Of a stretch of 56,770 nt of DNA, positions 1-33,580 are shown one piece after another. The notes beneath the pieces were generated by a model. The model was not told the DNA's origin, did not search any database, and worked only from the letters and a program-made list of their open reading frames with translations. A program made the translations under genes and the position numbers. Positions within the stretch are counted from its first letter, which is position 1; each line of letters starts with the position of its first letter. The stretch is from assembly GCF_001194135.2 (NCBI RefSeq), contig NC_068983.1, positions 100,723,343 through 100,780,112 of the forward strand. The letters are read 5' to 3'. This DNA comes from Octopus bimaculoides (taxonomy: Eukaryota).

Positions 1-269
1 AGATCGTTGCCAGTGCCCCTGGACTGGCTTGTGCGGGTGGCACATAAAAGACACCATTTCGAGCGTGGCCGTTTCCGTGCGGGTGACACGTAAAAGCACC
101 CACTACACTCTGAGTGGTTGGCGTTAGGAAGGGCATCCAGCTGTGGAAACTCTGCCAAATTAGACTGGAGCCTGGTGTTGCCATCCGGTTTCACCAGTCC
201 TCAGTCAAATCGTCCAACCCATGCTAGCATGGAAAGCGGACGTTAAACGATGATGATGATGATGATGAT
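1..269 (+). mobile_element. RTE-clade LINE 3' end with (GAT)n tail
   Basis: Conserved ...gttggcgttaggaagggcatccagc...catgctagcatggaaagcggacgttaaac(gat)n, shared with other copies linked to RTE ORF2 sequence. Confidence 0.8.
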
Positions 270-953
270 ATATATATATATAAAAACATATATACACATA
301 CTCATACACACTCTTACATATATATACACACTTGCACATATACACAAACTCATACACATATACACACAAACTCACTCATATATATATATATATATATTCA
401 CACACACACACTCGTGCATATATATATATATATATACACATACACTCACTCATATACACACATACATATATATATACACACACATCCATGTATATATACA
501 AACTCATACATATATACAAAAACTCATATATATACATATATATACACACATATACACACTCACATACATATATACGCACACTCATATATATAAAGATTGT
601 CATACCGGCCATGACGAAGGGAAATAGCCCTGAAACTCGAGTCGCCTTTATATATATATATTTATATTTATATATTTATATATTTGATCCTTTATATTGA
701 ACACTCAATATTTCATCTACATTCAATACTTTATTTCATGGTGCCATCCATTTTTATTTTATTTTATATTATATATTGTATATTATATTATATATTGTAT
801 ATTCCATATTCTATACCCCACATTAGTTCTGCAGGAATATAAATAAAACATAAAAAACAGACAGTGTTGGAACTCTTTTAAGCAAAATAATATATACACT
901 CATATGCATATATACACAAACACATATACTCATACATATATATATATACACAG

Positions 954-984
<31 letters not shown>

Positions 985-1100
985 TATCTATATACATATA
1001 CTCTTTTATATACATACATATACACACATACATACATATACATACATATATATATGCAGATATTACACATATTTCACACACACACACACACACATTTCCC
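250..1100. repeat. (TA)n/(CA)n low-complexity microsatellite block
   Basis: Mixed dinucleotide repeats; source of spurious Y/I/H/T ORFs. Other tracts at about 2806-2841, 6990-7015, 7190-7280, 9180-9270, 10605-10642, 20290-20335, 30797-30839, 31441-31525, 56725-56770. Confidence 0.95.
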
Positions 1101-1655
1101 TACATCCTATTTACACTTGATTACAGGATTGTATCAAACTATCAATAATCATTAGTCAATGAAGGCAAATTGCAATTAAATTTTGAACATCAAAGGTTAT
1201 GTTAAATATATAATCAATAAGCTATATCATAGCCAAATACTGTTTACATTTAACTATGTACTTTCAAAATATCAATGTATTTCATAACCTGATCATGCAA
1301 AATATATGTGTGTGTAGTATGTACGTGTGTGTGAATACACACACACACTGTAGTGCAAAAATTGTTCAGAAATCCTTGATAACATACTTAAATCTGCATG
1401 ACTAAACATTATACATGATTATGAAATCCTTAATGTGCATATTTTGTCAGATTATTTTATCAATAATGGTTTGGTATTTAATTGCATATCCAAAAATATT
1501 TCAACTCGTCAATTGCTGACCCCCAACAAAGCTCTTATATAACTCACTAACTACTATCACACATGTATCTGAGATGATGATGCCACACTCTTTTCTTCTC
1601 TTGCAGCTGTTTTACATTTCTAATAAATCAAGAGAAAAATGTGTGTGTGTGTGTG

Positions 1656-1873
1656 TATGGAGGTGCTGAAAAGTTCCTGACTTTGGGTAAAAGAAAATAC
1701 AGGAGGACCAGTTAATTATCATTGTATTGAACATATTCCTCTCTCAGATTCACACACTTATATTGCAGTGATCCTTCAGTTTTTCTAAACCCTGTAAGAG
1801 AACTCACAAGGTTGGGCCTCTAGCCAGGCCTTTCGTAATACTCCTAAAGCCAAGAACTTTTCAACACCTCATA
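1656..1873. mobile_element. Mariner-derived MITE
   Basis: TA-flanked TIRs TGGAGGTGCTGAAAAGTTCCTGACTTT / AAAGCCAAGAACTTTTCAACACCTCA. Confidence 0.75.
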
Positions 1874-1919
1874 TATATTTTATTCTACTACATCCTATAT
1901 ACTCTTGATCACAGAATTG

Positions 1920-2280
1920 TATCATGCTCAATAATTGTAAATCAAGACATATTTTGATTAAATTGGGATATCAAAAGCCAGGTTATTCAGATAGAGATTG
2001 CAGCAGGCAGCAGAAGAGATTAACTGAGCCAACAGTGCTTCATATATTGATGCTGAGCAGAGGAATCTTGAAAGATCAACATGTCAGGATTATGAAGCTC
2101 TATCAAGAGCATAACTGCAATACATCCATAGAGGTTGCACCATGGTCATGTAATCAGCTAATAAAAGAGTCAATGACTCCAGCATGAAGACTATCCCCAC
2201 GACCCTCTCAGGAATAGCTGGTAGGATAGCGACAGAGAGCCGTGGAAATCTGTGCAAGCAGCATGACCAAGATGATGATA
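1920..2280 (+). mobile_element. Degraded RTE-like LINE 3' end (second family)
   Basis: Frameshifted ORF2 C-terminal-like sequence ending ...gaaatctgtgcaagcagcatgacc..gatgatgat. Confidence 0.5.
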
Positions 2281-2804
2281 TAGATAGCCTACAATTTGTA
2301 TTATAACTAAAAGGCATATAGGCAGTTAATTCAGAATACCCATAATATTAAATAGTTTACTGATTGTAATTGCACGGGTATTATAGTTTGGGACTTATTT
2401 CTGCTTAAGTCAATTCTAGATACAGCAATAAAATTGGCACAGAGAGAATGACAAAAATTTTCTAAAAATTTAGCAGGAAGTGGAGGGAAGCAGTACCCAT
2501 GAACTTTTTATAGTGCTCCCAAAATTGGTTGGAGAGGAAAGGGAAGAAATCTGAAACCTTATCCAAATGCTTGCATCAGAGAGGACTTCACTAAAGACAC
2601 CCAAATACCAGTTTCTGTTAAACTGGGTTATAAATTACGATTACCTGTCAAGAGTCAGTAAATGAATCCATTGGATTTTTCCAGTCTCCATCAACTGAAT
2701 AGGATTGAAGACATGACTGTGATTAAAGAGCAAACTTCTTAACCATAGAGCAATGCACGCGTCTATTAAAGAATCTAATCATTAATACAAAGTGTGTGTA
2801 AATT

Positions 2805-2845
<41 letters not shown>

Positions 2846-3456
2846 TCATTTTATGTCTGTTGACCATGTTGGTATGAGTTGGATGGTCTGAACAGAGACA
2901 GCAAGTTGGAGAGCTGCACCAGGCTCCAGTCTGATTTGGCATGGTTTCTACAGTTGGATGCCCTTCCTAATGCTAACCACTTTACAAAGTATGTGGAGTG
3001 CTTTTATGCAACGCCACACAGGCACTTCTACATGACACCACACAAGCGCTTACATGTGTGTGTGAGTATGTATATATAATACATACATATATATATACAT
3101 ACTTTCAATGTTAGTTAGATGCAGGTGATCAATACCCAACTTCAATGACCATCTCCAGTTGACCAACAAGAAAGCTACAACCAGCCAAATATTGTATGTG
3201 ACAATTCAAGTTGCCCACCACTTCAAGAAGAGCATCTACATTCATTCTACCATAGGTAGAATGAATGTAGATGCTCTTCCAAAACCAGCCAGACAGAGCA
3301 AGCTTGTCAATCCAATGAAAATGCAAGCTGTAGCTATTTTCAGCAAAAAAAGTTTTATTAAAAGTACACATGCACACATCAAAGAATTAGCCGCAAATAA
3401 TTAAAACTGAGATAGGAGTATTGTAGTTCGCTTGAAGCATTGTGTATTGTTTGTAA

Positions 3457-3733
3457 AGAATAAAAATTTTAAATGGTACAACAATGCACTATAAAACAAG
3501 AAATGGACTATATACCTGTTGTAATTTGGTTATCTATAGTCCGATGATATTTCGGAATTACAGTTCCTTCTTCAGATCTTGGCTGGAGTCTCTGCTGACT
3601 CCAGCCAAGAAGATCTGAAGAAGGAATTGTAATTCCGAAATATCATCAGACTATAGATAACCAAATTACAACAGGTATATAGTCCATTTCTTGTTTTATA
3701 GTGCATTGTTGTACCATTTAAAATTTTTATTCT
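3457..3733. mobile_element. Fold-back of two Penelope-type termini (134/137-bp arms, 6-nt loop)
   Basis: 3457-3590 is the reverse complement of 3597-3733 apart from two substitutions and a 3-nt indel; each arm carries a hammerhead motif; the right arm runs into a gap. Confidence 0.75.
3612..3647 (+). ncRNA. Minimal type-I hammerhead ribozyme motif (Penelope-type)
   Basis: GAU CUGAAGA A GGAAU-UGUA-AUUCC GAAA UA UC^AUC. The mirror copy lies on the minus strand at about 3543-3578. Stem I is only 3 bp. Confidence 0.55.
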
Positions 3734-4283
3734 NNNNNNNNNNNNNNNNNNNNNNNNNNNNNNNNNNNNNNNNNNNNNNNNNNNNNNNNNNNNNNNNNNN
3801 NNNNNNNNNNNNNNNNNNNNNNNNNNNNNNNNNNNNNNNNNNNNNNNNNNNNNNNNNNNNNNNNNNNNNNNNNNNNNNNNNNNNNNNNNNNNNNNNNNNN
3901 NNNNNNNNNNNNNNNNNNNNNNNNNNNNNNNNNNNNNNNNNNNNNNNNNNNNNNNNNNNNNNNNNNNNNNNNNNNNNNNNNNNNNNNNNNNNNNNNNNNN
4001 NNNNNNNNNNNNNNNNNNNNNNNNNNNNNNNNNNNNNNNNNNNNNNNNNNNNNNNNNNNNNNNNNNNNNNNNNNNNNNNNNNNNNNNNNNNNNNNNNNNN
4101 NNNNNNNNNNNNNNNNNNNNNNNNNNNNNNNNNNNNNNNNNNNNNNNNNNNNNNNNNNNNNNNNNNNNNNNNNNNNNNNNNNNNNNNNNNNNNNNNNNNN
4201 NNNNNNNNNNNNNNNNNNNNNNNNNNNNNNNNNNNNNNNNNNNNNNNNNNNNNNNNNNNNNNNNNNNNNNNNNNNNNNNNNNN
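3734..4283. other. Assembly gap (others: 7281-7734, 8227-8454, 30840-30915, 32651-33078, 37784-38233)
   Basis: Runs of N; ORFs spanning them are artefacts. Confidence 0.99.
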
Positions 4284-4285
4284 CG

Positions 4286-25315
<21,030 letters not shown>

Positions 25316-26399
25316 AATTGTCTGCTATTCTGATAAAAACCTGCAAGAGAAAATTAACAAAATTAAATGAAGTTAAACATTGCTAAGGATTTTTTTTTTA
25401 ATTGCTAAGAGAGCATATATCCTAAAACACCATAAAATTATTTTAGTCTTTGGTCAGTAAGTATTATTTCCTATTTGCTTTTGGATGTCAATGTTTTGAA
25501 ATTGACATAGCTTCCATTGCATTTCAGACAGATTCTGCACTGAATTGCTGAAGTTGAAATATTGTTATATAAATATTCTGCTTAATACCACAAATTTGCT
25601 TGACCTTAACCACTTGAGCATGTCCCTTAGTGGCTATCATGAGCAGGAGTAACGGGGGAACATCATAGCCATGTGTTGAGAGGACTTCTTTAAGATTTCA
25701 ATAAATGTAACAAAAGCAAAGTTTGAAGGAAATATTAGCCATTTTTCATACTTTCTACAGATAAGCAAATGGGAAATAACAGTTGCTACCCAAGACAAAA
25801 ATCATGTTACACAGTGTAATTTACCAATATCCCCACGACCACATACCCAAATACACATGAAGGGAGGTAACCTAAACAGTCCCGAAGATATCATATGAAG
25901 CAATAGCTGATTTTTAAAGTTATCCAATGGGAAATGGGCAAATTTCATGTTATCAGGAAGAAGTTTGAATTACACATTCAAAAATCTATTTCCTTAGTAA
26001 AGAGCACAGTCATTTGATTAAGTTATACTGAACTAGTATGCTGTTTCTGACCTACCACAACCTTTTACAACTTTTCAATCTAGTTTCATTAATTTTGCTT
26101 TTAGTATCTATTTTGACACTTTCCTGAGTTTTCATGAATTGTTCTTTGTAACCAAGATATGGTGCACAGCAGGGGCGTAATCTTTGCACTTCAGCTTTCA
26201 ACCATGGAGTGTTTAGCACAGTTAGTAGGCTGGCAGCTATTGTGATCATACTGTGCCTGGTAAGATTTGTTCAGCTTGAAAATACAAAAATCACATCATG
26301 AACTCGTTTTTCTCTATAATTTATATGTAACTTCCTGCATGCAGGTTACAACATTATTATCCTCGATATGAATGCTTCAAAGCATTGTCACTGTTAATA

Positions 26400-27200
26400 A
26401 ACTGGAGAAAAACTTCAAATATCAAAAGTAGCTGAAGGAAAAGGAAATCATGATGCAATCAAGCAAATTTTGCAAGTAAAATTAAGAAATTGAAGAGCAT
26501 TTAGAAGGGAAAAAATTGCTGATTTTTGTTTGATAGAAGCAGAATCAAAACATTTTCATTATCTGAGAGAATGTTATTATAGCGTTTCAAATGAAATATG
26601 TTGTCAAGCTCTGAAACTAAAGCAAACTGTGATTCTTAATTCTTACATCAAGGCAAGTCATAATTGGCTTACACATTTCATAAATTGTCATTCTACCAGT
26701 ATATGTTGCAGATTCATTAATCAATAAATATATGCCTAAAGGCTTTGAAGAAACACTTATTCAATTTTAACAATGTTATCATTGGTTTGCAAAAGAAAAA
26801 CCTGTATTTAGTTAAACTAGGAATGCTGATTAAATACCAGTGTATTTTCAAATGCCAGCTGATAAGGACTCCTGGTTGAGTTTAGACAGGTTGTACAGTA
26901 ATTTCTTGCTATAGCTGACAGAAGTAATATTTTGTAATATTCAAAGAAAATGTTGCCTAAAGAGAGTAAATTTGCAAATAATGTTCAATGAAAGGATCCT
27001 CAGCAATATGGATGGAAAGTTACAAGAGCCATAATATACTTGTCATTCCTGGTTAGTTCACATGAATTTTACAGCCACTGGGCATCTATATCAATAAACC
27101 CTTTAAAGAAAAAGTTGAAAACAATATATTCTGAATGTATAAAATCACAATCATGACTTTACTGCTTCAGGTAGTGAAGCCTTCAATGTAAGAAATTTTA
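26400..27200 (+). mobile_element. pogo/Tigger-like transposase relic
   Basis: Degenerate CENP-B-like HTH (IKASHNWL..F...H) and DDE_1 segments (VIP...LQPL...INKPFKEK). Confidence 0.6.
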
Positions 27201-30200
27201 TTGTGGATAAAGAAAGCACAGACCTGACTTATTGGTTCCAAGTTTAGTCCGACTTGACACCTTGGGCAAGTGTCTTCTACTATAGCTGCAAGCAAACTAA
27301 AGCTTTATGAGTGGATTCAATTAACAGAAATCAAAGGGACTCCTTGTCTTGATGTTCAGTAATTATTGTAAACAAGTGTCACCATCAATCAAGTGTATTT
27401 CTAATCTTCCATGAAAACATGTCTAACAATGGGGAAATATTACCTCACTTGAAAACAGATGAGAGTTAGTGACAGGAAGGGCATTCAGTCTGCCTCAAAT
27501 TCTGTCCACGTGATTCAAAAACTAAACTAAAACAGTGGATTAATGTGATGATATTAAAACAAAAAATAATGATAAACACTTCAATGACATTTCAATGAGA
27601 AACACTTGTAGCAAAATCACACGTTATATATGGACACATTTTTTATATTAAAAACAATTCCTCTATTGTGCATTACACAAAGGCAAATATGGTGATCTAA
27701 TTAAGACTTTAGTTTTAAATTTTAGCACATGTTCAGCAAATTTCAGGGGAGGGGGTAAGTCATTGCTCAACTGGTATTTATTTTTATCGACCTTGAAATG
27801 ATGAAAGGTACAATTGAGCTTGGTGGGCAGACAAAATTCCATTAAGCATTTTGCCCAGCATGCAAACAATTCTGCCAACTCACCACTTTACTTAAGGCAT
27901 AAACATCTTCTAACTTTTTAAATATTATTGTTTTGTCTCTATTGTTAAAAAATCATGAACAATACCCTTCCCTTTCCTGAAGAAAAGGTTAGTATTAAAA
28001 AAATCATTACTTATTAATAATGCTCAGTAATGCTAAATAACAAAACATTTGTTTCTCATATACTTTTACAATACAACCATCCAACATCCTTAAAAAAATG
28101 GATACATTAGATCAATAATCTTAAACTGGTGTACATTAGATCAATAATCCAGCATGGTGTTCAATTTTTATATTTTCTAGTCAAGAATGCAGGTTGTGTG
28201 TCTTACATTAAAATGTATGTGATCAAGAAACTGTCTTTTAATTCCAGTAAAAAGAAATAAAACATTGGATAACAAAAATAAATCATTTACATTCATGTTG
28301 TACAGTAGTGCTACAAGAATATTTTATTCACTATTTTTTTCTTAATAAAATTAAGAAATTTATTCAATAGTTTTTAAGAGAAGAAAAATTGGTTGTAATT
28401 GTGATTTAGATATTTTGTCACCAACTGATGATTAAAAAAAAAATTTTTTTTTTTTTTGTTTTGTTTCAATAAGACATATTCAGTTCAATTTTTTGAGTAA
28501 CAACCACTATAACAATGTTTTTTCATTTTTTCTTCTAAACTGGTCTCATCATATCATCTTCTAGACCTGTTAGGTTAAATAGTTTATGAGAAAATTATTC
28601 CTTTTTTCTGCACTGTACAGACAGCCAGAGATTAAACAAAAAACAAAAATCATTTAATTACTTTCAACATCGGAGAAGATATTTAAAACTCTCACTAGGG
28701 TCAACAAGCACATCATGTTTTCCCCATAAACTCAAAAGATAGAAACAAAAACCAGAAATACATTAACACGATCATCATCTAAAAGGTGTATATTAAATAT
28801 ATTAAGGCACAGACATGACTGTGTGGGTAAGAAGTTTTAGATTCACTCCCATCAAATGGCACTTTGGAAAGTGTTTTCTACTATAACCCTGGGCTGATCA
28901 GAGCCCTGTAAGTGGATTTGGTTGATGGACACTAGAAGAAGCTCGCTATGGGTGTATGCGAGTGAGTGTATACTTGTATCTTTGTCTTGACATCACATAA
29001 CTTATTTTTTGAGTGTCACTGTCACACAAATGTCACTCATTTTCAATATCCTAACCCTAACCCTGACCATAGGATAAAAATTACCTCACTTGGAAACAGG
29101 TGAGGTTTGGCAACGGCAAGGGCATCCTGCCATAGAAAATCTCCCTTAATAAACTTCATCAGACCCATGCAAGCATGAAAAGATGGACAATAAAACAATA
29201 ACAATGATGCTGAAAGTATATATTTAACAAGAATAAGACTTGTTTATAGTTTTATCTTTTACTTGTTTCAGTCATTAGACCGAGGTCATGCTGGGGCACT
29301 ACTTTGAATTTCCAGTCCAATGAATCGGTCCCAGTAATTACTTACTTTGTTATGTTTGGTACTTATTCTGTCGGTCTCTTTTGCTGAACTGCTAGAATAC
29401 AGGGACATAAACACACCAACACCAGTTGTCAAGTGGTAGTGGGGGACAAACACAGACAGACAGATATACGATGGGCTTCTTTTAGTTTCTGTCTACTAAT
29501 TCCACCCATAAGGTTTCGGTCGGCCTGAAGTGTCCAAGGTGCTACAAAGTGGGACAGAATTCAGAACCATGCTTCTTACTACACAGCCACGCCTGCATCT
29601 CTTAGACTTATAAGACTTTATTTTTTAGCTATATGAAGGGATTCTTTTTTTTGCTTTGACACCTATACAAAAAGAAAAAGAATCTAACAGTAGAGTCACT
29701 ACTATACTAACAAAACTACTGTTCTTTTATTCTTTTACTTGTTTCAGTCAGTTCACTGCGGCCATGCTGGAGCACCACCTTAAAGGGTTTTAGTCAAAGA
29801 AATGAACCCCAGAACTTATTCTTTGTAAACCTCACTTATTCTAACAGTCTTATGCCAATCCGCTAAGTTACAAGGGCATAAACACACCAGCATTGGTTGT
29901 CTAACGATAGCAAGGGTACAAACAGACACACACATACGGATACATACATATATACAACGGGCTTCTTTCAGTTTCCGTCTACCAAATCCACTCACAAGGC
30001 TTTGGTCGGCCCGAGGATATAGTAGAAAAACACTTGTCCAAGGTGCCACGCAGTGGGACTGAACCATGTGATTGGGAAACAAGCTTCTTACCACACAGCC
30101 GCACCGATTTTTTAAACTTAGAAACCAATATTAATCATATATATTTGAAGCATTATAGATCTCCAGCGTCGACCTTGCTGCATCGTTGCAAACCTGGATA

Positions 30201-30793
30201 TCGCTACCCGCAACGTAGAGGAGAGAAAAATAAATAAATACAGGGGCCTTACTGGCCGCTATCAGTTTCTGCTCATCACCGTTGAGGCCTCAGATGTTCT
30301 TGGACCCTGCACTATCGGGATAACAGTGACCCGTCTGAGAAATGAGCCTTGTGATGTAAACTGGTTGCTGCAGCCGACTGTTGCTGGCCATTATTCTGGT
30401 TCTCAGTGTACTATATATAATTCAATAATTCTCGTTTTAATGTAAACTTTACCATGCTTGTATGGATCAGACTGAATTCTTGAGGGAGATTTTGCATGGT
30501 CAGAAGCATTTCCTGTCACCAACCCTCGTTTATTTCCAAGCAAGATAATATTCTACCGATGGACGGACACGTTTTTATGGAAGACTGGAAACAAGGAACA
30601 CCGCTTGTATGGTGGCGTGAGTTAATTATGGCGAGAAAATTAAGACAAGGACACACACACACACACACATATATATATTCCAAGTTCAGTCCCATTGCAT
30701 GGCACCTTGTGCAAGTGTCTTCTACTACAGCCTCAAGCCGACCAATGCTTTGTGAGCGGATTTGGTAGAACGAGAACTGGAAGAAGCTTGTCT

Positions 30794-30839
<46 letters not shown>

Positions 30840-30943
30840 NNNNNNNNNNNNNNNNNNNNNNNNNNNNNNNNNNNNNNNNNNNNNNNNNNNNNNNNNNNNN
30901 NNNNNNNNNNNNNNNCAGGGGATTAAAGTACATTTTTATATAT

Positions 30944-31439
30944 GACGTTGACCACTAACGTGGACATTCAATGTGCTAGAAATAGATCACATCTTGTGTC
31001 TAATAAGACCTAAATTGTTCTCAACATGAAATATAGCGTGATACCAAAACATAAGCGGGCAAGACATTTAAAATCACCGAAAAAGGAACATTCTTAAACA
31101 GGGACCGGTTTCAAATTTAACAATCTTACCGACTGTCTATTTCTCTTCAGCCTGATTTGTAATGGAACCATAATCATCAGAACCCCATACAAAGTTGCCC
31201 ACCGCCATAGGTGCGCGTGTATATGGTTCTGCTAATTACAGCTTAATGGTAAAATTCAAAAGTCTTCGTTTTGGCGCGCTAATTCAGGGAATATGTCTGC
31301 AGAGAATATTTATTTAAATGTCTTGCCTGCTTACGTTTTGGTATCACGCTATATTTCATGTTGAGAACAATTTAGGTCTTATTAGACACAAGATGTGATC
31401 TATTTCTAGCACATTGAATGTCCACGTTAGTGGTCAACG

Positions 31440-31441
<2 letters not shown>
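30944..31441. mobile_element. Non-autonomous fold-back element (129-bp inverted arms, 240-bp spacer with hammerhead), inserted in (TA)n
   Basis: 30944-31072 versus 31313-31441 differ at two positions; hammerhead in the spacer; no ORF. Confidence 0.8.
31099..31154 (-). ncRNA. Type-I hammerhead ribozyme motif
   Basis: CAGG CUGAAGA GAAAU AG ACAGUC-GGUAA-GAUUGU UAA AUUU GAAA CCGG UC^CCUG; intact core, GUC site, self-complementary ACCGGU stem III. Confidence 0.65.
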
Positions 31442-31523
<82 letters not shown>

Positions 31524-31548
31524 CATATACATACATATGTATGTGTAT

Positions 31549-31928
31549 GCGCAGGTGTGGCTGTGTGATAAGAAGCTTCCCAACTACGTGGTTCCGGATT
31601 CAGTCCCACTGCATGGCATCTTGGGTATCTTCTACTACAGCTTCGGGCCAACCAAAGCTTTGTTAGTGGATTTGGTGGACGGAAATAGAAAAGCCCGTCA
31701 TGTGTGTGTGTGTGTAGATAGACAGATATTTATGTGTCTTTGTCCCCACCACCATCGCTTGACAACCGATGTTGGTGTGTTTACGTTCCCGTAACAGCTG
31801 TTCGGCAAAAAAAATCAATAGGATAAGTACCAGGCTTACAAAGAATAAGTCCTGGGATCGATTTCTTCGACTAAAAGGCGGTACTCCAACATGGCTGCAG
31901 TCAAATGACAAACAAGTAAAAGAATAAA
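31549..31928 (+). mobile_element. SINE family B, plus orientation
   Basis: Complete head to tail. Other plus copies or heads at about 27230-27550, 28806-29210, 30680-30800, 33385-33555, 56100-56280. Confidence 0.85.
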
Positions 31929-33102
31929 ATATATACACACACAAACACACACGACGGGTTTCTTCCAGTTTCCGTTTACTAGATTCACTCATATGGAAGT
32001 TGTCGGACTGAAGCTATAGAAGACACCTGCCCAAGGAAACCACGTGCTTCAGAAGCGGACTTCTAAACTACATTGCCATGCCTTCGTATGTGTGTAAAGG
32101 TTAAAGAGTGTATATTTTGATAACATTTTTTTATTTCTTCTTGATCACTCTTCCCCATCCAGACTGTTTTTAAATGACACTTTGCAAAAAATTCACTTTC
32201 GAGTGTGAAAATTACAAAGCTATAAAGTCAGTCTTTCCGTTTATGATCACTAACTGAAAGTAGAAAATTAGGCACTGTGGCACTGTCATGGTATTAGCTG
32301 TCAGAAGCGAAAGTAGAAAAATCTAAACAAGGAATGTTACTGCTGGTTTGAGTTGAAATTTGTTTCTTTGGCTACTGACTGGCCGGAGCTATCTATCTAT
32401 CCATCTATCTATCTATCTGTCTGTCTCTCTATCACTCGTCCACCTTCGTTTGTTTCCGTAGAATTTATCAAATTAGAAAAAAAAACTTTTTGGCTACTTC
32501 CATCATGCTAGCTCCACACGAGAGGCATATTTTGGGGGTATTTAAAAGTCCATGTCTCTTAAGCCAATTAATACTATTTTCTGTTGTAGCGGTGGCGATG
32601 GCAATATCGCGGTGATTAATTCCAACTTTGGATTACGCGTGGTTCTGATTNNNNNNNNNNNNNNNNNNNNNNNNNNNNNNNNNNNNNNNNNNNNNNNNNN
32701 NNNNNNNNNNNNNNNNNNNNNNNNNNNNNNNNNNNNNNNNNNNNNNNNNNNNNNNNNNNNNNNNNNNNNNNNNNNNNNNNNNNNNNNNNNNNNNNNNNNN
32801 NNNNNNNNNNNNNNNNNNNNNNNNNNNNNNNNNNNNNNNNNNNNNNNNNNNNNNNNNNNNNNNNNNNNNNNNNNNNNNNNNNNNNNNNNNNNNNNNNNNN
32901 NNNNNNNNNNNNNNNNNNNNNNNNNNNNNNNNNNNNNNNNNNNNNNNNNNNNNNNNNNNNNNNNNNNNNNNNNNNNNNNNNNNNNNNNNNNNNNNNNNNN
33001 NNNNNNNNNNNNNNNNNNNNNNNNNNNNNNNNNNNNNNNNNNNNNNNNNNNNNNNNNNNNNNNNNNNNNNNNNNNNNNCAGTTGAAATTTTGAAACAAAT
33101 CT

Positions 33103-33133
<31 letters not shown>

Positions 33134-33580
33134 ACCCCCACGCCACCATTTTTTTTAAGCAAAAAGAATGTTGGTAAGTGGGGTGAAAATTTGAAAGCTG
33201 AAACTTCTGTTGTTGAAAACATGGGAATCGGGTGTCGATATTTCCGATTTATGATCAAAAACCGAAAGAAAGCTGATATAAATCTGAAAAGGTAAAAAAT
33301 GAAGTTCTGGAAAACGGTAGTAATAACAGCAGGGGGTGATAAACCGAAACTGCCCACCCACCTAAAAAAAATTTCCTTCGCCGCTTCACAACAGGTGTTG
33401 GTTTGTTTACGTCCCGTAACTTACCGGTTCAGCCGAGGTCGATACAATAAGTACCAGACCTTAAAAAAAAGCAAGCACTGTGGTCGATTTGTTCGACTAA
33501 ACCTTTCAAGGCTGTGCCCCAGCATGGTCACAGTCTAATGACTGAAACAAAACAGGATGAAAAATTAGTGTAACCTTTAC

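Noticed and set aside
250-1155. Five ORFs of 71-125 aa rich in Y/I/H/T or V/C/M
   Set aside because: Translations of (TA)/(CA) microsatellite.
29049-29066. CCTAACCCTAACCCTGACC telomere-like repeat
   Set aside because: Only two to three units, inside a SINE; too short to call an interstitial telomere.
32280-32289. ARE core ATGACAGTGC on the minus strand
   Set aside because: Core only, flanks do not fit; more than ten such hits are expected by chance in this window.
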